From the NCBI GenBank assembly GCA_963832445.1, contig CAWHUM010000026.1, forward strand, positions 232,517 to 296,516: a stretch of 64,000 bases of DNA, written 5' to 3'. The position numbers were made by a program, and so were the translations under genes. The DNA comes from an uncultured Alphaproteobacteria bacterium (lineage in GTDB: Bacteria > Pseudomonadota > Alphaproteobacteria > Rhizobiales > Hyphomicrobiaceae). The notes under the pieces are model-generated. The model was not told the origin of the DNA. It made no database searches and saw only the letters and a list, made by a program, of their open reading frames with translations. Below, in pieces: positions 47,195 to 57,107 of this stretch. The number at the start of each line of letters is the position of its first letter. Position 1 is the stretch's first letter.

Positions 47195-49199
47195 ATCCGT
47201 CCTCGGCCGGCAGGTAGGCCAACAACGCCTCCACCGTGCGCGGCAATGCCCCCGAAAGCGATGTCAGTGCGGCGTTTGCCCGTGTGCACACGCGGTTCAA
47301 CTCGTTGCGGTCGGCAAGCAGCTGGCCTGCGGCGCTGGCAAGCTCCGGCGCTGAGCGCACGACGATGGCGGCGCGGTTGGCGATCAGCGCGCGGTAGGCG
47401 TCCGCGAAGTTCTGCCAGTTGGGACCCGTGATGACGGCCGCCCCCTGACGCACCGCCTCGATCGGGTTCTGCCCGCCCCGGTCGACCAGGGATCCGCCGA
47501 TGAAGGCCACGGGAGCGAGCTTGTAGAGCATGCCGAGCTCGCCGATGGTGTCGGCGATGTAGACATCGCTCGTGCGCTCGGGCAGCGCGCCGAGGGAGCG
47601 GCGCGCCACCTTGAGCCCCTGGCGCTGCAGCATCTCCGCGATCGAGGCGCCGCGCTCGGGATGGCGCGGGGCGATGATGGTGCACAAATCGGGCAGGCTC
47701 TGCCGCAGCTGGCGGTGCGCTTCCGCGATGATGAGGTCCTCGCCTTCATGCGTGCTCGCGGCGACCAGAAGCGCGCGACCATCGAGGGCGGATTTCAGGC
47801 GCTGCAGCTCGATGGCGTTCACCGGCGGCGCCGGCGTGTCGATCTTGAGATTGCCGACGGCGGTTGCGCCAGCGGCACCCAGCGCCTTGAACCGGCGGGT
47901 GAGCGGATCGTTCTGCGTCAGCACCAGAGAGAAGCGGCCGAACAGGGGCCGGGCCATGCCGAGCCTGCGCCGCCAGCGCCGGAACGACCGCTTGGTCATG
48001 CGTGCATTGATGAGAGCCAGCGGAATATTGCGCGCCGAACTCTCAAGGATGAGGTTCGGCCAGATCTCGGACTCGGTGAAGACGGCGAGATCCGGCCGCC
48101 AGTGATCGAGAAAGCCCCGCACATACTCCGGAGCGTCGAGCGGCACGTACTGATGAATCGCGCGCGGGCCCAGGCGCTCGGCGGCCAGCTTCGCCGACGT
48201 CACGGTCCCGGTGGTGAGCAGGAAGGACAATGCCGGCCGGCGCTCGGCCAAAGCATTTATCAAGGGCAGAATGGCGTTGGTCTCGCCGACGCTGGCGGCA
48301 TGCAGCCAGACCAGTCGACCCTGGGGTCTCGGGATGCTCGGCCGGCCCAGCCGTTCATCGCGCCGTGCCGGCTCCTCCTTGCCTCGTCGCTCGCGCAGCT
48401 TGAGGAGGAGCGGTGCCACCGGCCGGGCAAGGGAAGTGAGGTTGCGGTATGCCTTGAGAGAAAAGCCGGGCTCCGCAACGCTCGCCGCGCCGTCCGCCGG
48501 CGTTGCGCGCGATGGATCGGAGTTCGCGCGCGCATAGGCCTGCGCGGTTGCGGCGTTGAGCGACTCCTCGACCGCCTGCCGGTAGACCTCGAGGTCGGCG
48601 ACGTCGGCCGTGCGGGGAACGAAAATGGGCTCGCCGATGGCAAAGCCCAGGTCCGACCAGGGTAGGTTCAACGTCATCCGGCTCCACGTGTTGAAGGCGA
48701 GGTAGCGCGAGGTCGCAATCGCCATCGGCACGATCGGTCGCCCGGATTGCCGCGCCACCATCACCACGCCGAGGCCGCAGCGGCGCGCCTCGCTGCCCGG
48801 CACGTCGGCCGTCATGGCCACCGAGCGGCCTTCGCGCAGACACTGCACTGCTGCCATGTAGGCGTGCGAGCCGCCCCGGTCCTTGCCGCGCGATGCGGCT
48901 CCGGCGCCGCGGATGAGCTGCATACCGAAATGGCGCAGAGTGACCCCCATCAGCTCGGCGTCGCGATGCCGCGCCAGCATGACGTCGGCCTCGAAGCCCG
49001 GGCGCCTGACCAGCGGCATCAGCATGAACTGGCCGTGCCACACGGCGACGATGCACGGGTGGCGGTGCGAATGCGCGTCGAACCGCTCCGTCATTTGCTC
49101 GGTCTGCCGCGAGGAGCTGCCGACGAAGCGGATGTAGCGGGCCAGCAGCGAGCCGACCGCACTATAGATGAGCCTTGGCTTGTTCTCCGCGTTCGCCAC
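47178..49199 (-). CDS. waaA: in-frame fusion: DUF374 (lysophospholipid-acyltransferase-like) domain + Kdo transferase
   Basis: A single ORF. The N-terminal about 230 aa are DUF374-like ('VAVWHGQFMLMP..'). The C-terminal about 430 aa are WaaA/KdtA ('LVWLHAASVGETNAILPLI'). No stop or start codon lies at the junction. The GTG start at 49199 is tentative. Confidence 0.75.
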   Translation of the reverse strand: MANAENKPRLIYSAVGSLLARYIRFVGSSSRQTEQMTERFDAHSHRHPCIVAVWHGQFMLMPLVRRPGFEADVMLARHRDAELMGVTLRHFGMQLIRGAGAASRGKDRGGSHAYMAAVQCLREGRSVAMTADVPGSEARRCGLGVVMVARQSGRPIVPMAIATSRYLAFNTWSRMTLNLPWSDLGFAIGEPIFVPRTADVADLEVYRQAVEESLNAATAQAYARANSDPSRATPADGAASVAEPGFSLKAYRNLTSLARPVAPLLLKLRERRGKEEPARRDERLGRPSIPRPQGRLVWLHAASVGETNAILPLINALAERRPALSFLLTTGTVTSAKLAAERLGPRAIHQYVPLDAPEYVRGFLDHWRPDLAVFTESEIWPNLILESSARNIPLALINARMTKRSFRRWRRRLGMARPLFGRFSLVLTQNDPLTRRFKALGAAGATAVGNLKIDTPAPPVNAIELQRLKSALDGRALLVAASTHEGEDLIIAEAHRQLRQSLPDLCTIIAPRHPERGASIAEMLQRQGLKVARRSLGALPERTSDVYIADTIGELGMLYKLAPVAFIGGSLVDRGGQNPIEAVRQGAAVITGPNWQNFADAYRALIANRAAIVVRSAPELASAAGQLLADRNELNRVCTRANAALTSLSGALPRTVEALLAYLPAEDGFARAS

Positions 49200-49360
49200 T
49201 TCGGCGTACCTACCGGATCGAGTTGACGGCAAAGGATGATTGGGAACGGCCACCTCTATAGCCGATCCCGAGCATAGATCGAAATCCTTGATTCGCCTCC
49301 GCTCCGGTGCGGCCAAAGGCTGCGGCGTACACCGGCAAATCCTTCGCCAGAACGGCGGAA

Positions 49361-51199
49361 TCAGGCGGCTTCGATCGGTTGGGCGCGCTGCTCGGACGCC
49401 TGATCCAGGTCGAGCAGGATTTGCGAGGCGCACAGCCTCGCGTAGTCCCCATCCCGCGCCAGCAGTTCCGCGTGCGTGCCGGTCTCCACCATGCGTCCAT
49501 CCTTCATGACGCATATTACGTCCGCCCGCTGCACGGTCGACAGGCGGTGGGCGATCACCAGCGTGGTGCGGTTGCGGGTGAAGCGGGCAAGCGCATCGTG
49601 CACAAAACGCTCGGACTCGGTGTCGAGCGCGCTGGTTGCCTCGTCCAACAGCAGAATCGGTGCGTCTTTGAGGATTGCGCGCGCCAGGGCCAGGCGTTGA
49701 CGCTGTCCGCCGGACAGCTTCAATCCGCCCTCGCCGATGACCGTATCGTAGCCCTGGGGCTGTGCCATGATGAAATCGTGGGAGCCTGAAGCTTTGGCCG
49801 CGGCCACGATGCTGGCCTCGCCGGCTGCAAGATTGCCGAGGCCGATGTTGGCGCGGATGGTGTCGTCGAACAGCGTCACCTCTTGGCTGACGATGGCCAT
49901 GGCGTCGCGCAGGCTCGCCAGCGTGACATCGCGCACGTCTTGGCCGTCGATGGCGATACGCCCGCTCTGCACGTCGAATAGCCGCGCCACCAGATTTATG
50001 ACGGTTGATTTGCCGGCACCCGAGCGTCCCACCAGCGCCACCGTCTTGCCGCCGGGCGCCGTCAGCGAGAAGTTCCTCACCGCCGGCGCGGCGGTAGCAG
50101 AGCCGTAGGCAAAGCTCACGTTGTCGAAGACGATGGTGCCGCTCTCGATCTCGAGCGGTTTGGCACCTGGGCGGTCGACGATATTCGGCCGCTCGTCCAG
50201 CAACTCATAGATGCGGTCGGCCGCACCCAGCCCCTCGGCCGTGGCGGTGGTCACTGTGCCTATCGAGCGTATCGATTGCGCGCCGAGCAGCAGCGCAGCC
50301 ACGAAGCCCAGGAAGTCGCCGACCGTCGCGCCGCCGCTGGCGATGCGCCAATAGGCAAAGGCAATCACGCCGGCAACTGCCACGCCGGCCAGCGCCTCCA
50401 ACGAGGGGGCCACGCGCGCGCGGGTGCGAACCGCTTTCATCCTGAGGCGGAACACCTCCTCGAAATTCTCGCTCAGGCGGCGTGTCGCATAGTCTTCGAG
50501 GCGGAAGGCCTTGATCAGTCGCGCACCAGCGAGCTTCTCGCTGAGGCGTGAGGTGACGCTGCCGAGCTCGGTCTGCGTCCGGTGCGACACGGAACGCAGA
50601 CGGCGGCCGACGCTGAACATGGGAAGGAGTGCCAGCGGCGACAGCGCCAGCACGATCAATGTCATTTTCCAGTCGAGATAGAGCATGGCGACGAACACGG
50701 CAATCAGCGAGAAAACGTCCCGGATGAAGGCGACGAGCGCGATCTGCGCGGCCTGCTGGATGAAGCCGAGGTCGTTGGTGAACCTGGAAACCAGCTGCCC
50801 TGTCGTCTCGCGCGTGATGCGCGCATAGTCGGCGGCGATCAGGTGGGCAAACGCCTTCTGCTGGATGTCGGTGACGATGCGCAGCACGATGCGCATGGTT
50901 GTGACCTGGTGCAGGTACAAGAACAGGCTGCGCAAGGCCGTGACGGCAACGATGGCGACGAGCACCAGGGGCAGGATGCCGCTTTCCGGCTTCATCAGCG
51001 AGTCGAATGAGTGCTTGATGATGAGCGGATAGCCGCCGGTGCTGGCGGCCAGGCCGGCGGTGAAAAGCAGCGCTAGCGCGACCTGTGCCCGTGCAGGCCA
51101 GATCCAGTCCTGGATGAAGCGCCACAGCACGCTGCACGCCCGCTTGTCGAGGGTCGGCTTGGCCTTGCGGCTGCCTAACGATTTCGCGGCGTCGGCCAA
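49361..51199 (-). CDS. msbA: ABC transporter permease/ATPase, MsbA-like lipid A exporter
   Basis: Six-TM domain plus 'GRSGAGKST', 'LSGGQRQRLALARA' and 'ILLLDEATSALD'. It lies upstream of waaA-lpxK. Confidence 0.8.
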   Translation of the reverse strand: MADAAKSLGSRKAKPTLDKRACSVLWRFIQDWIWPARAQVALALLFTAGLAASTGGYPLIIKHSFDSLMKPESGILPLVLVAIVAVTALRSLFLYLHQVTTMRIVLRIVTDIQQKAFAHLIAADYARITRETTGQLVSRFTNDLGFIQQAAQIALVAFIRDVFSLIAVFVAMLYLDWKMTLIVLALSPLALLPMFSVGRRLRSVSHRTQTELGSVTSRLSEKLAGARLIKAFRLEDYATRRLSENFEEVFRLRMKAVRTRARVAPSLEALAGVAVAGVIAFAYWRIASGGATVGDFLGFVAALLLGAQSIRSIGTVTTATAEGLGAADRIYELLDERPNIVDRPGAKPLEIESGTIVFDNVSFAYGSATAAPAVRNFSLTAPGGKTVALVGRSGAGKSTVINLVARLFDVQSGRIAIDGQDVRDVTLASLRDAMAIVSQEVTLFDDTIRANIGLGNLAAGEASIVAAAKASGSHDFIMAQPQGYDTVIGEGGLKLSGGQRQRLALARAILKDAPILLLDEATSALDTESERFVHDALARFTRNRTTLVIAHRLSTVQRADVICVMKDGRMVETGTHAELLARDGDYARLCASQILLDLDQASEQRAQPIEAA

Positions 51200-51304
51200 T
51201 GCTGCTCCTTGGGCCGGAACTCGAGATTCGCAGCGCCTACCTAACAGCTTGGGCCAACGGGCGCTACTCGACCGGAGGCGTCCCGCTCTTGTTGCGCCAA
51301 TGTG

Positions 51305-51565
51305 TCATGAACCGGTCGGCCCCGTAAGCTCGGGGTCCAGCAGCCGATGCATGTGCACGATGAAGTAGCGCATGTGCGCGTTGTCTACCGTGCGCTGGGC
51401 GGCCGCTTTCCAGGCTTTGTAGGCTTCGGCGTAGTTGGGGTAGATGCCGACAATGTGGAGGGCCTCGGTGTTGACGAACTCGGTGCCGTGCAGCGATTTG
51501 AGCTCGCCGCCGAACACCAGGTGGAGCAGCTGCTTTGCCGGGCGCGGGCTGTCACCTGCAGTCAT
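51305..51565 (-). CDS. DUF4170-type small protein
   Basis: 86 aa, 'LLHLVFGGELKSLHGTEF..IVGIYPNYAEAYKAWK'. The family call is recalled from memory. Confidence 0.65.
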   Translation of the reverse strand: MTAGDSPRPAKQLLHLVFGGELKSLHGTEFVNTEALHIVGIYPNYAEAYKAWKAAAQRTVDNAHMRYFIVHMHRLLDPELTGPTGS

Positions 51566-51649
51566 GCTCTTCTCCTCCTCCGTCGCAAGCCCCGATAGTT
51601 TAGCAAGGTGCCCCGCATCTTGCACGGTGACAGACTGCAAACTCTTTGC

Positions 51650-52594
51650 TCACAGTGACCCGACCAGTGCACCGAGCGCCATGTCGGCGACCAGCCCGCC
51701 AAACAGCAGCCAGCCAACCAGCTGATTCGACTTGAAACGCTCGAGGCAATTGTTGGCATCGCTCGTGTCTAGCGTCGCTACCTGCCAGGCAAGTTGCGCG
51801 GCGGCCAGCATCAATGCGAGCACGAGGGCAATGTGGGCGCCGGCCAACAGTCCGGCTGCGCCCCACAGCAGCACCGCGCCGGCATAGAAGAAAACGAGCC
51901 AGCCTCGGGTCGCCGCCCCGAACCTGAGCGCGGTCGACTTCAGGCCGACGAGCGCATCGTCCTCCTTGTCCTGGTGGGCGTAGATGGTGTCGTAGCCGAT
52001 GGTCCACAGCACCGACCCGACGTACAGGGCAAGCGCTGCCCACGACAGCGAGCCCGTGACCGCCGCCCAGCCAACCAGTGCGCCCCACTTGAAGGTGAGC
52101 CCAAGTACCAGCTGCGGCCAATAGGTGAACCGCTTGGCGAACGGGTAGATCGCGATCAGCAGCAGGGAGCTGGCGCCAAGCAGAATCGTGAAGGTGTTGA
52201 ACTGGATCAGCACGATGAAGCCGGCGGCACAGAGGGCCGCCAGAAACAAGTAGGCCTGGGCCAGGCTCACCTGGCCCGAGGGAATAGGTCTGGCGGCAGT
52301 ACGCGCGACGCGCGCGTCGTAGTCGCGGTCGACGATGTCGTTATAGGTGCATCCCGCCCCGCGCATGATGAAGGCGCCGAGCCAGAACAACAGGAGGTAC
52401 CAGAGATCGGGGTAGGGGCGGTCAATCGACACCTCGGCCAGGGCCTGGCTCCACCAAGTGGGGAACAGCAGCAGCCAGGCGCCGATCGGCCGATCGAAAC
52501 GTGCAAGCCGCAGGTACGGCTTCCACGCCTGCGGCGCGCGGGCGTCGACCCAGTTGCCGGAGGGAGCATCTGGAACTTGGCCGGGGTGCGTCAT
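51650..52594 (-). CDS. ubiA: 4-hydroxybenzoate polyprenyltransferase
   Basis: 'GAGCTYNDIVDRDYD' is the NDxxDxxxD motif. Polytopic. Start is at 'MTHPGQ'. Confidence 0.9.
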   Translation of the reverse strand: MTHPGQVPDAPSGNWVDARAPQAWKPYLRLARFDRPIGAWLLLFPTWWSQALAEVSIDRPYPDLWYLLLFWLGAFIMRGAGCTYNDIVDRDYDARVARTAARPIPSGQVSLAQAYLFLAALCAAGFIVLIQFNTFTILLGASSLLLIAIYPFAKRFTYWPQLVLGLTFKWGALVGWAAVTGSLSWAALALYVGSVLWTIGYDTIYAHQDKEDDALVGLKSTALRFGAATRGWLVFFYAGAVLLWGAAGLLAGAHIALVLALMLAAAQLAWQVATLDTSDANNCLERFKSNQLVGWLLFGGLVADMALGALVGSL

Positions 52595-52629
52595 GGGAAA
52601 GCAGACCCCCGTGGGTGGAGCGCTGCCGA

Positions 52630-53700
52630 TCAGTCGTCGCGCTGCGGCAGCACCAGGTGGAGATGCCATAGCGCCAAGCCAAATACCACAACGGCGCCCG
52701 CCTGATGCGCCAGCCCCAGTGACAACGGCACGTGCGCGAGCAAGGTCCAGATGCCGAGCGCTGCCTGGCCTGCGGTGGCGCCCGCCAGGGCCAGCGCAGA
52801 CGCACGCATCAGGCGGTCGCCAGTGCGCATCACCAGCAACCACGCATGCAAGAGCACGCAGGCGAGGAGCGCATACGCCAGCATGCGGTGGTTGAACTGT
52901 ACGGTGGTGGCGTTCTCGAACAGGTTCGCCCACCAGGGCGACATGGCCCCAAGGCCGTCGGGCACGAATCGGCCATCCATCAGCGGCCAGGTGTTGTAGC
53001 CCGCTCCTGCCTTCAGGCCCGCCACGAAGGCTCCGGCCACCATCTGCAGGAATGTGAGCCCCACGACCAGCGCCGCAGTTATCCGCTGGGCCGGGCGCAA
53101 GCCTCCGGCATCAAGTCGTCGCGCGCCGAGCGACAGCGCCGTCCACAGCAAGCCCGCGAAAATCAGAAGAGCGAGCGAGAGGTGCAGCGCGAGCCGGTAT
53201 TGGCTGACGTCGGTGCGGTCGGCGAGCCCGGACCGCACCATGTACCAGCCGATGGCGCCCTGCACTCCGCCGAGGGCGAGCAGGCCAATAAGCCTCGGCA
53301 GCAGGGCGCGCGAGATCCGGCCCGTCGCCAGGAAGAGCAGGAATGGCACGAAAAAGATCACCCCGACCAGGCGCGCGAGAAAGCGATGCGTCCACTCCCA
53401 CCAGAAGATGCGCTTGAAGGCCTCCAGGCTCATGCCCCGATTGATGTGCTGGTACTGGGGGATCTGCCTGTATTTCTCAAACGCCTCGTGCCACGCCGCG
53501 TCGGAGAGCGGCGGCACTATCCCCATGATCGGCTGCCACTCGGTGATGGAGAGCCCCGAGCCCGTGAGGCGGGTGGCCCCGCCAACGCTCACGAGGGCAA
53601 ACACGAGGGCAGCCACGGCAAAAAGCCACACGCGGACGGGGTCTGTGCGACGCGCGGCATGAGTACCGGAAGGTTGGACGACGACCTGTTGGAGCGTCAT
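52630..53700 (-). CDS. ctaA: haem A synthase (COX15/CtaA)
   Basis: 'VGGATRLTGSGLSITEWQP' motif, conserved His-bearing TM helices, 356 aa. Confidence 0.9.
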   Translation of the reverse strand: MTLQQVVVQPSGTHAARRTDPVRVWLFAVAALVFALVSVGGATRLTGSGLSITEWQPIMGIVPPLSDAAWHEAFEKYRQIPQYQHINRGMSLEAFKRIFWWEWTHRFLARLVGVIFFVPFLLFLATGRISRALLPRLIGLLALGGVQGAIGWYMVRSGLADRTDVSQYRLALHLSLALLIFAGLLWTALSLGARRLDAGGLRPAQRITAALVVGLTFLQMVAGAFVAGLKAGAGYNTWPLMDGRFVPDGLGAMSPWWANLFENATTVQFNHRMLAYALLACVLLHAWLLVMRTGDRLMRASALALAGATAGQAALGIWTLLAHVPLSLGLAHQAGAVVVFGLALWHLHLVLPQRDD

Positions 53701-53766
53701 GGACCCAGTCTCGCGCGTTTGGCTCGACGCCGCTTGCGGCGCATGGTCGCCCGCGACCCCCTGGCC

Positions 53767-54480
53767 TTATTCGTAGCCCTCGGCGATCGAGGCCGCGATC
53801 TCGGCTTGGATCTCGGCGCTATCCAGCACGCCGCTAGGATTGCCGGCGCTCGGCAGGACGCGGCGGAAGTGGACCCATGACCGGCGGGCGATCTCCTCCA
53901 GCCGAGCGATCTCGGCGAGCGGGTCGGGGTGGTCGTCGGTGCGCAAGTCGAGCAGCGAGTAATCCTCCAGGTCATGCACGACGAGCGCGGCCGACTGGCG
54001 CCCGCGCGCGTCGCCACCGGCGGCCTCGCCAGCCTGCATGGCGGCGATCAACCGGCGTGCAAACGGCAACTCGCCGCTGGCCTCATAGGCCGCCGCAACG
54101 GCCTGGAGCACGTCGCTGCCAACCAGCGTGTTGCCCGCGACGGAGAAGCTCGGCTTGCAGAGATGACCGCACCAGGTGGTGCAAGCGCTGCCGGTATGGG
54201 CAGCAAGCTGCCCGTGCCGATCCATCACGTGCACCTGGCGCAGATTGCGTCCCTCGTCGGCGGCTGTCAGCAGACGCACGGCATCTGCGGCCGAGGCACC
54301 CGCCGCCAGCAGCGCCAGTCCGCGCGGGCCATAGTAGGGGTTGAAGAGCGCCTGGCTGACGACGGCGCCGACGCCCGTCCTGATAAACATGTTGCGCGCG
54401 CCGACTGCCAGAAACTTGCTCGCCACGGCGGCGCCGATGCGCCCGGTTTCCTCGTCGCGAGCGATGATGGAGAAGGTCAT
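53767..54480 (-). CDS. DUF1028 (Ntn-hydrolase fold) protein
   Basis: The 'MTFSIIARDEETGRIGAAVAS' N-terminus is typical of DUF1028. Confidence 0.8.
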   Translation of the reverse strand: MTFSIIARDEETGRIGAAVASKFLAVGARNMFIRTGVGAVVSQALFNPYYGPRGLALLAAGASAADAVRLLTAADEGRNLRQVHVMDRHGQLAAHTGSACTTWCGHLCKPSFSVAGNTLVGSDVLQAVAAAYEASGELPFARRLIAAMQAGEAAGGDARGRQSAALVVHDLEDYSLLDLRTDDHPDPLAEIARLEEIARRSWVHFRRVLPSAGNPSGVLDSAEIQAEIAASIAEGYE

Positions 54481-54667
54481 CGTCGGCCTCCTGTGTTCCA
54501 TCCCCAGTCGGCCGGAACATTGGGCCGTGCCGCCTGGTCAGGCAAGATGCGTTTGCAGGTAGATGGCGGATAGGGGGCAAGAGAATGCGACGCCATCCAG
54601 CTAGCTGCCGCCCCACCCGAGTCCGGCGTGGAGAGACAAGCGGCGAGCAACCTGCTAGTTTGAAGTC

Positions 54668-54895
54668 ATGACCAAGCTCATGGAAAGAGCCCTCGAAGTG
54701 GTGCGTGATTGGACAGCCGAGCGGCAGGACGATGCCGCCGAGCTACTGTTGGCGCTCGACAGGCTTGGCGCCGATCCCTACCCCCCATCGCCGGATGACC
54801 TCGCTGCCGTTGACGAGGCATTGGCGCAGCTTGGGCGCGGCGAGCGAGCAACTGATGCCGAGGTCGAGGCGGCGTTCGCACGCTTCCGCTCGTGA
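54668..54895 (+). CDS. putative antitoxin
   Basis: 75-aa acidic ORF whose stop overlaps the GTG of the downstream ParE-like gene (GTGA). Confidence 0.55.
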   Translation: MTKLMERALEVVRDWTAERQDDAAELLLALDRLGADPYPPSPDDLAAVDEALAQLGRGERATDAEVEAAFARFRS

Positions 54896-55185
54896 GGGTT
54901 ACATATAGTCCTAGTCCCCGCGCCGTTTCTGATCTGATCAACATCGCCAGCTATTTGAGCAGTCGCAGCCCGACTGGCGCACGTGCCCTCGAGCAGCGCA
55001 TTCGGCGCACAGTGACGTTGCTCGCGGAGTTTCCCGGCGCTGGCCGGGCGCTCGAGCAAAGACCGCAGGTGCGTGTTATGCCACTTGGCAGGTATCCCTA
55101 TCTCACTTTCTACAGTGTTTCAGGCGACGTGGTTCTGCATGTCCGGCATGGAGCAAGGAAGCCTGTCGATCCCACGAGCCTCTAG
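54892..55185 (+). CDS. parE: RelE/ParE family toxin
   Basis: 97 aa, 'A..DLINIASYL..SPTGARALEQRIRRTVTLLAEFPGAGR....YPYLTFY....V.LHVRHGAR'. Confidence 0.7.
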   Translation: MRVTYSPSPRAVSDLINIASYLSSRSPTGARALEQRIRRTVTLLAEFPGAGRALEQRPQVRVMPLGRYPYLTFYSVSGDVVLHVRHGARKPVDPTSL

Positions 55186-55200
55186 CGACCGCTCCGCAAC

Positions 55201-57045
55201 CTAACGACCCGCGGCGTAACCCTGCATGCCGCGCGGGTTCGCCGCCGCCTTGCGGCGCGGGCCTTCCTGGGCTGCCGCCGTCAGGCGTCCCTCAGACCAG
55301 TCGGGGCCGACTTCCACCTTGTGCCCGCGCTTCTGCAACTCGGCGACGGTCGCGGGTGGCAGGCGCCCCTCCGCCACGACCACGCCGGGGCGAGCCGTGC
55401 GCGGCCAGAACGAGAGAGGGAAATGCTCGATGTGCCAGGCCGGCGCGTCGATCGCCTCTTGCAGGTTCATCTTCGGCGCCGAGCCTCGCAGACTGGCGTG
55501 GCGCAGGAACAGCTGGCAGCTCCACTGGTCCTGCTGGTCGCCGCCGGGCGTGCCCCAGCTCATGTACGGCTTGCCGTCCCTGAGTGCCATGCCGACCGAC
55601 AAGGTCGAGCGCGGGCGCTTTCCTGGCGCCAGCGACGCCGGCAGCCCCTCCTCCAGCCAGAACATCTGCCCGCGCGTGCCGAGCGGCCAGCCGAGCTCTG
55701 GGATCACCGGCGAGGACTGCAGCCAGCCGCCCGAAGGTGTGGCAGTGAACATGTTGCCGGCCTTGTCGATGATGTCGATGTGCACGGTATCGCCCTGCAC
55801 GCGCCCCTTGGCATCGACCCGCTCATCTGCCCCATGACCGGTGTCGATGGGCGAAAAGGTCGGCTCCCCGGCGCCGGCGCCGAGTGCGCGCGCGCCCTTG
55901 ACGATGACGCGGCCGCCGTAGCCCTCGATCCTGCCAGGGCGCTGCTCCAGCGACGCGGTGTCGCCGACGAGCTTGCGCCGCTCGGCGTTGTAGGCCTCCG
56001 ACAGCAGCGTCTGCATCGGCACGTCGACGAACTTGGGATCGCCATAGAAGGCTTCGCGGTCGGCATAGGCGAGCTTGGCGCACTCGATCCAGATGTGGAC
56101 GAACTCGGGGTCGGTCGGCGCCATGCGGTCGAGGCCGAAACCCTTGAGCAGCGCCAGCATCTGCAGCAGCACGGGACCCTGCGTCCAGGCGTGCGGCTTC
56201 AACACGCGATAGCTGCCGTAATCGAAGTGCACCGGCTCTTCCACCGTGGGCAGCCACGTCGCCATGTCCTGCGCGGTGAGCACGCCCCGGTGGCGCCGTC
56301 CGCTGACGTCCATCACCTCGTTGGTGCGGCAGAAGCGGTCGATGGCCTCGGCCACGAAGCCCTGGCTCCAGGCGCGCCGCGCCCGCTCGATCTCGGCCTC
56401 ACGCCCGCCGCCGCCGGACTCTGCCTCCTTCAGGATACGCCTGTAGGTCTCGGCGTGGCGCGTGTTCGTGAACAGCGTGCCGGGCGCCGGCACCTTGCCG
56501 TTGGGCAAATAGACCGCCGCCGAGGTCGGCCAGTGCTCGCGATAGAGGTCCGCCACCGTGGCGATGGTGGCGCACGCGCGCTCAACGAGAGGGTGCCCGT
56601 TCTCGGCGTAGCCGATCGCCGGCTCCAGCACGTCGCGCAGCCTGAGCGTGCCGTAGTCGCGCAGCACCATCATGAAGGTCTCGAACGTGCCCGGAATGCA
56701 GGCCGGCAGCAGGCCGGTGCCCGGCACGATGTCGAGGCCGAGATGGCCGCGGTAGTGGGCGATGGTGGCGCCGGCCGGTGCCGGCCCCTGCCCGCAGATG
56801 ACCTTGGGAGACGTGCTGCCGGCCTTGCAGATCATCACCGGCACGTCGCCGCCGGGTCCGCACAAATGCGGCTCCACCACCTGCAGGGTGAAAGCCGTCG
56901 CTACGCCTGCGTCGAAGGCATTGCCGCCGCGCTCGAGGATGCCCATCCCCACGGCCGTGCCGATCCAGTGCGTGGAGGCCACCACGCCGAAGGTGCCGTC
57001 GATCTCGGGCCGGGTGGTGAATGGACCCGAATTGATGTTGGACAT
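55201..57045 (-). CDS. gamma-glutamyltransferase family protein
   Basis: 614 aa from 'MSNINSG..'. The autoprocessing region is 'GDTVHIDIIDKAGNMFTATPSGGW'. Confidence 0.85.
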   Translation of the reverse strand: MSNINSGPFTTRPEIDGTFGVVASTHWIGTAVGMGILERGGNAFDAGVATAFTLQVVEPHLCGPGGDVPVMICKAGSTSPKVICGQGPAPAGATIAHYRGHLGLDIVPGTGLLPACIPGTFETFMMVLRDYGTLRLRDVLEPAIGYAENGHPLVERACATIATVADLYREHWPTSAAVYLPNGKVPAPGTLFTNTRHAETYRRILKEAESGGGGREAEIERARRAWSQGFVAEAIDRFCRTNEVMDVSGRRHRGVLTAQDMATWLPTVEEPVHFDYGSYRVLKPHAWTQGPVLLQMLALLKGFGLDRMAPTDPEFVHIWIECAKLAYADREAFYGDPKFVDVPMQTLLSEAYNAERRKLVGDTASLEQRPGRIEGYGGRVIVKGARALGAGAGEPTFSPIDTGHGADERVDAKGRVQGDTVHIDIIDKAGNMFTATPSGGWLQSSPVIPELGWPLGTRGQMFWLEEGLPASLAPGKRPRSTLSVGMALRDGKPYMSWGTPGGDQQDQWSCQLFLRHASLRGSAPKMNLQEAIDAPAWHIEHFPLSFWPRTARPGVVVAEGRLPPATVAELQKRGHKVEVGPDWSEGRLTAAAQEGPRRKAAANPRGMQGYAAGR

Positions 57046-57107
57046 GGGTGTGCTGCTCGCGGCTGCTGGGCTTGTCGTTCCATGGGCCCACTGGGGCGAA
57101 GGGCAGA

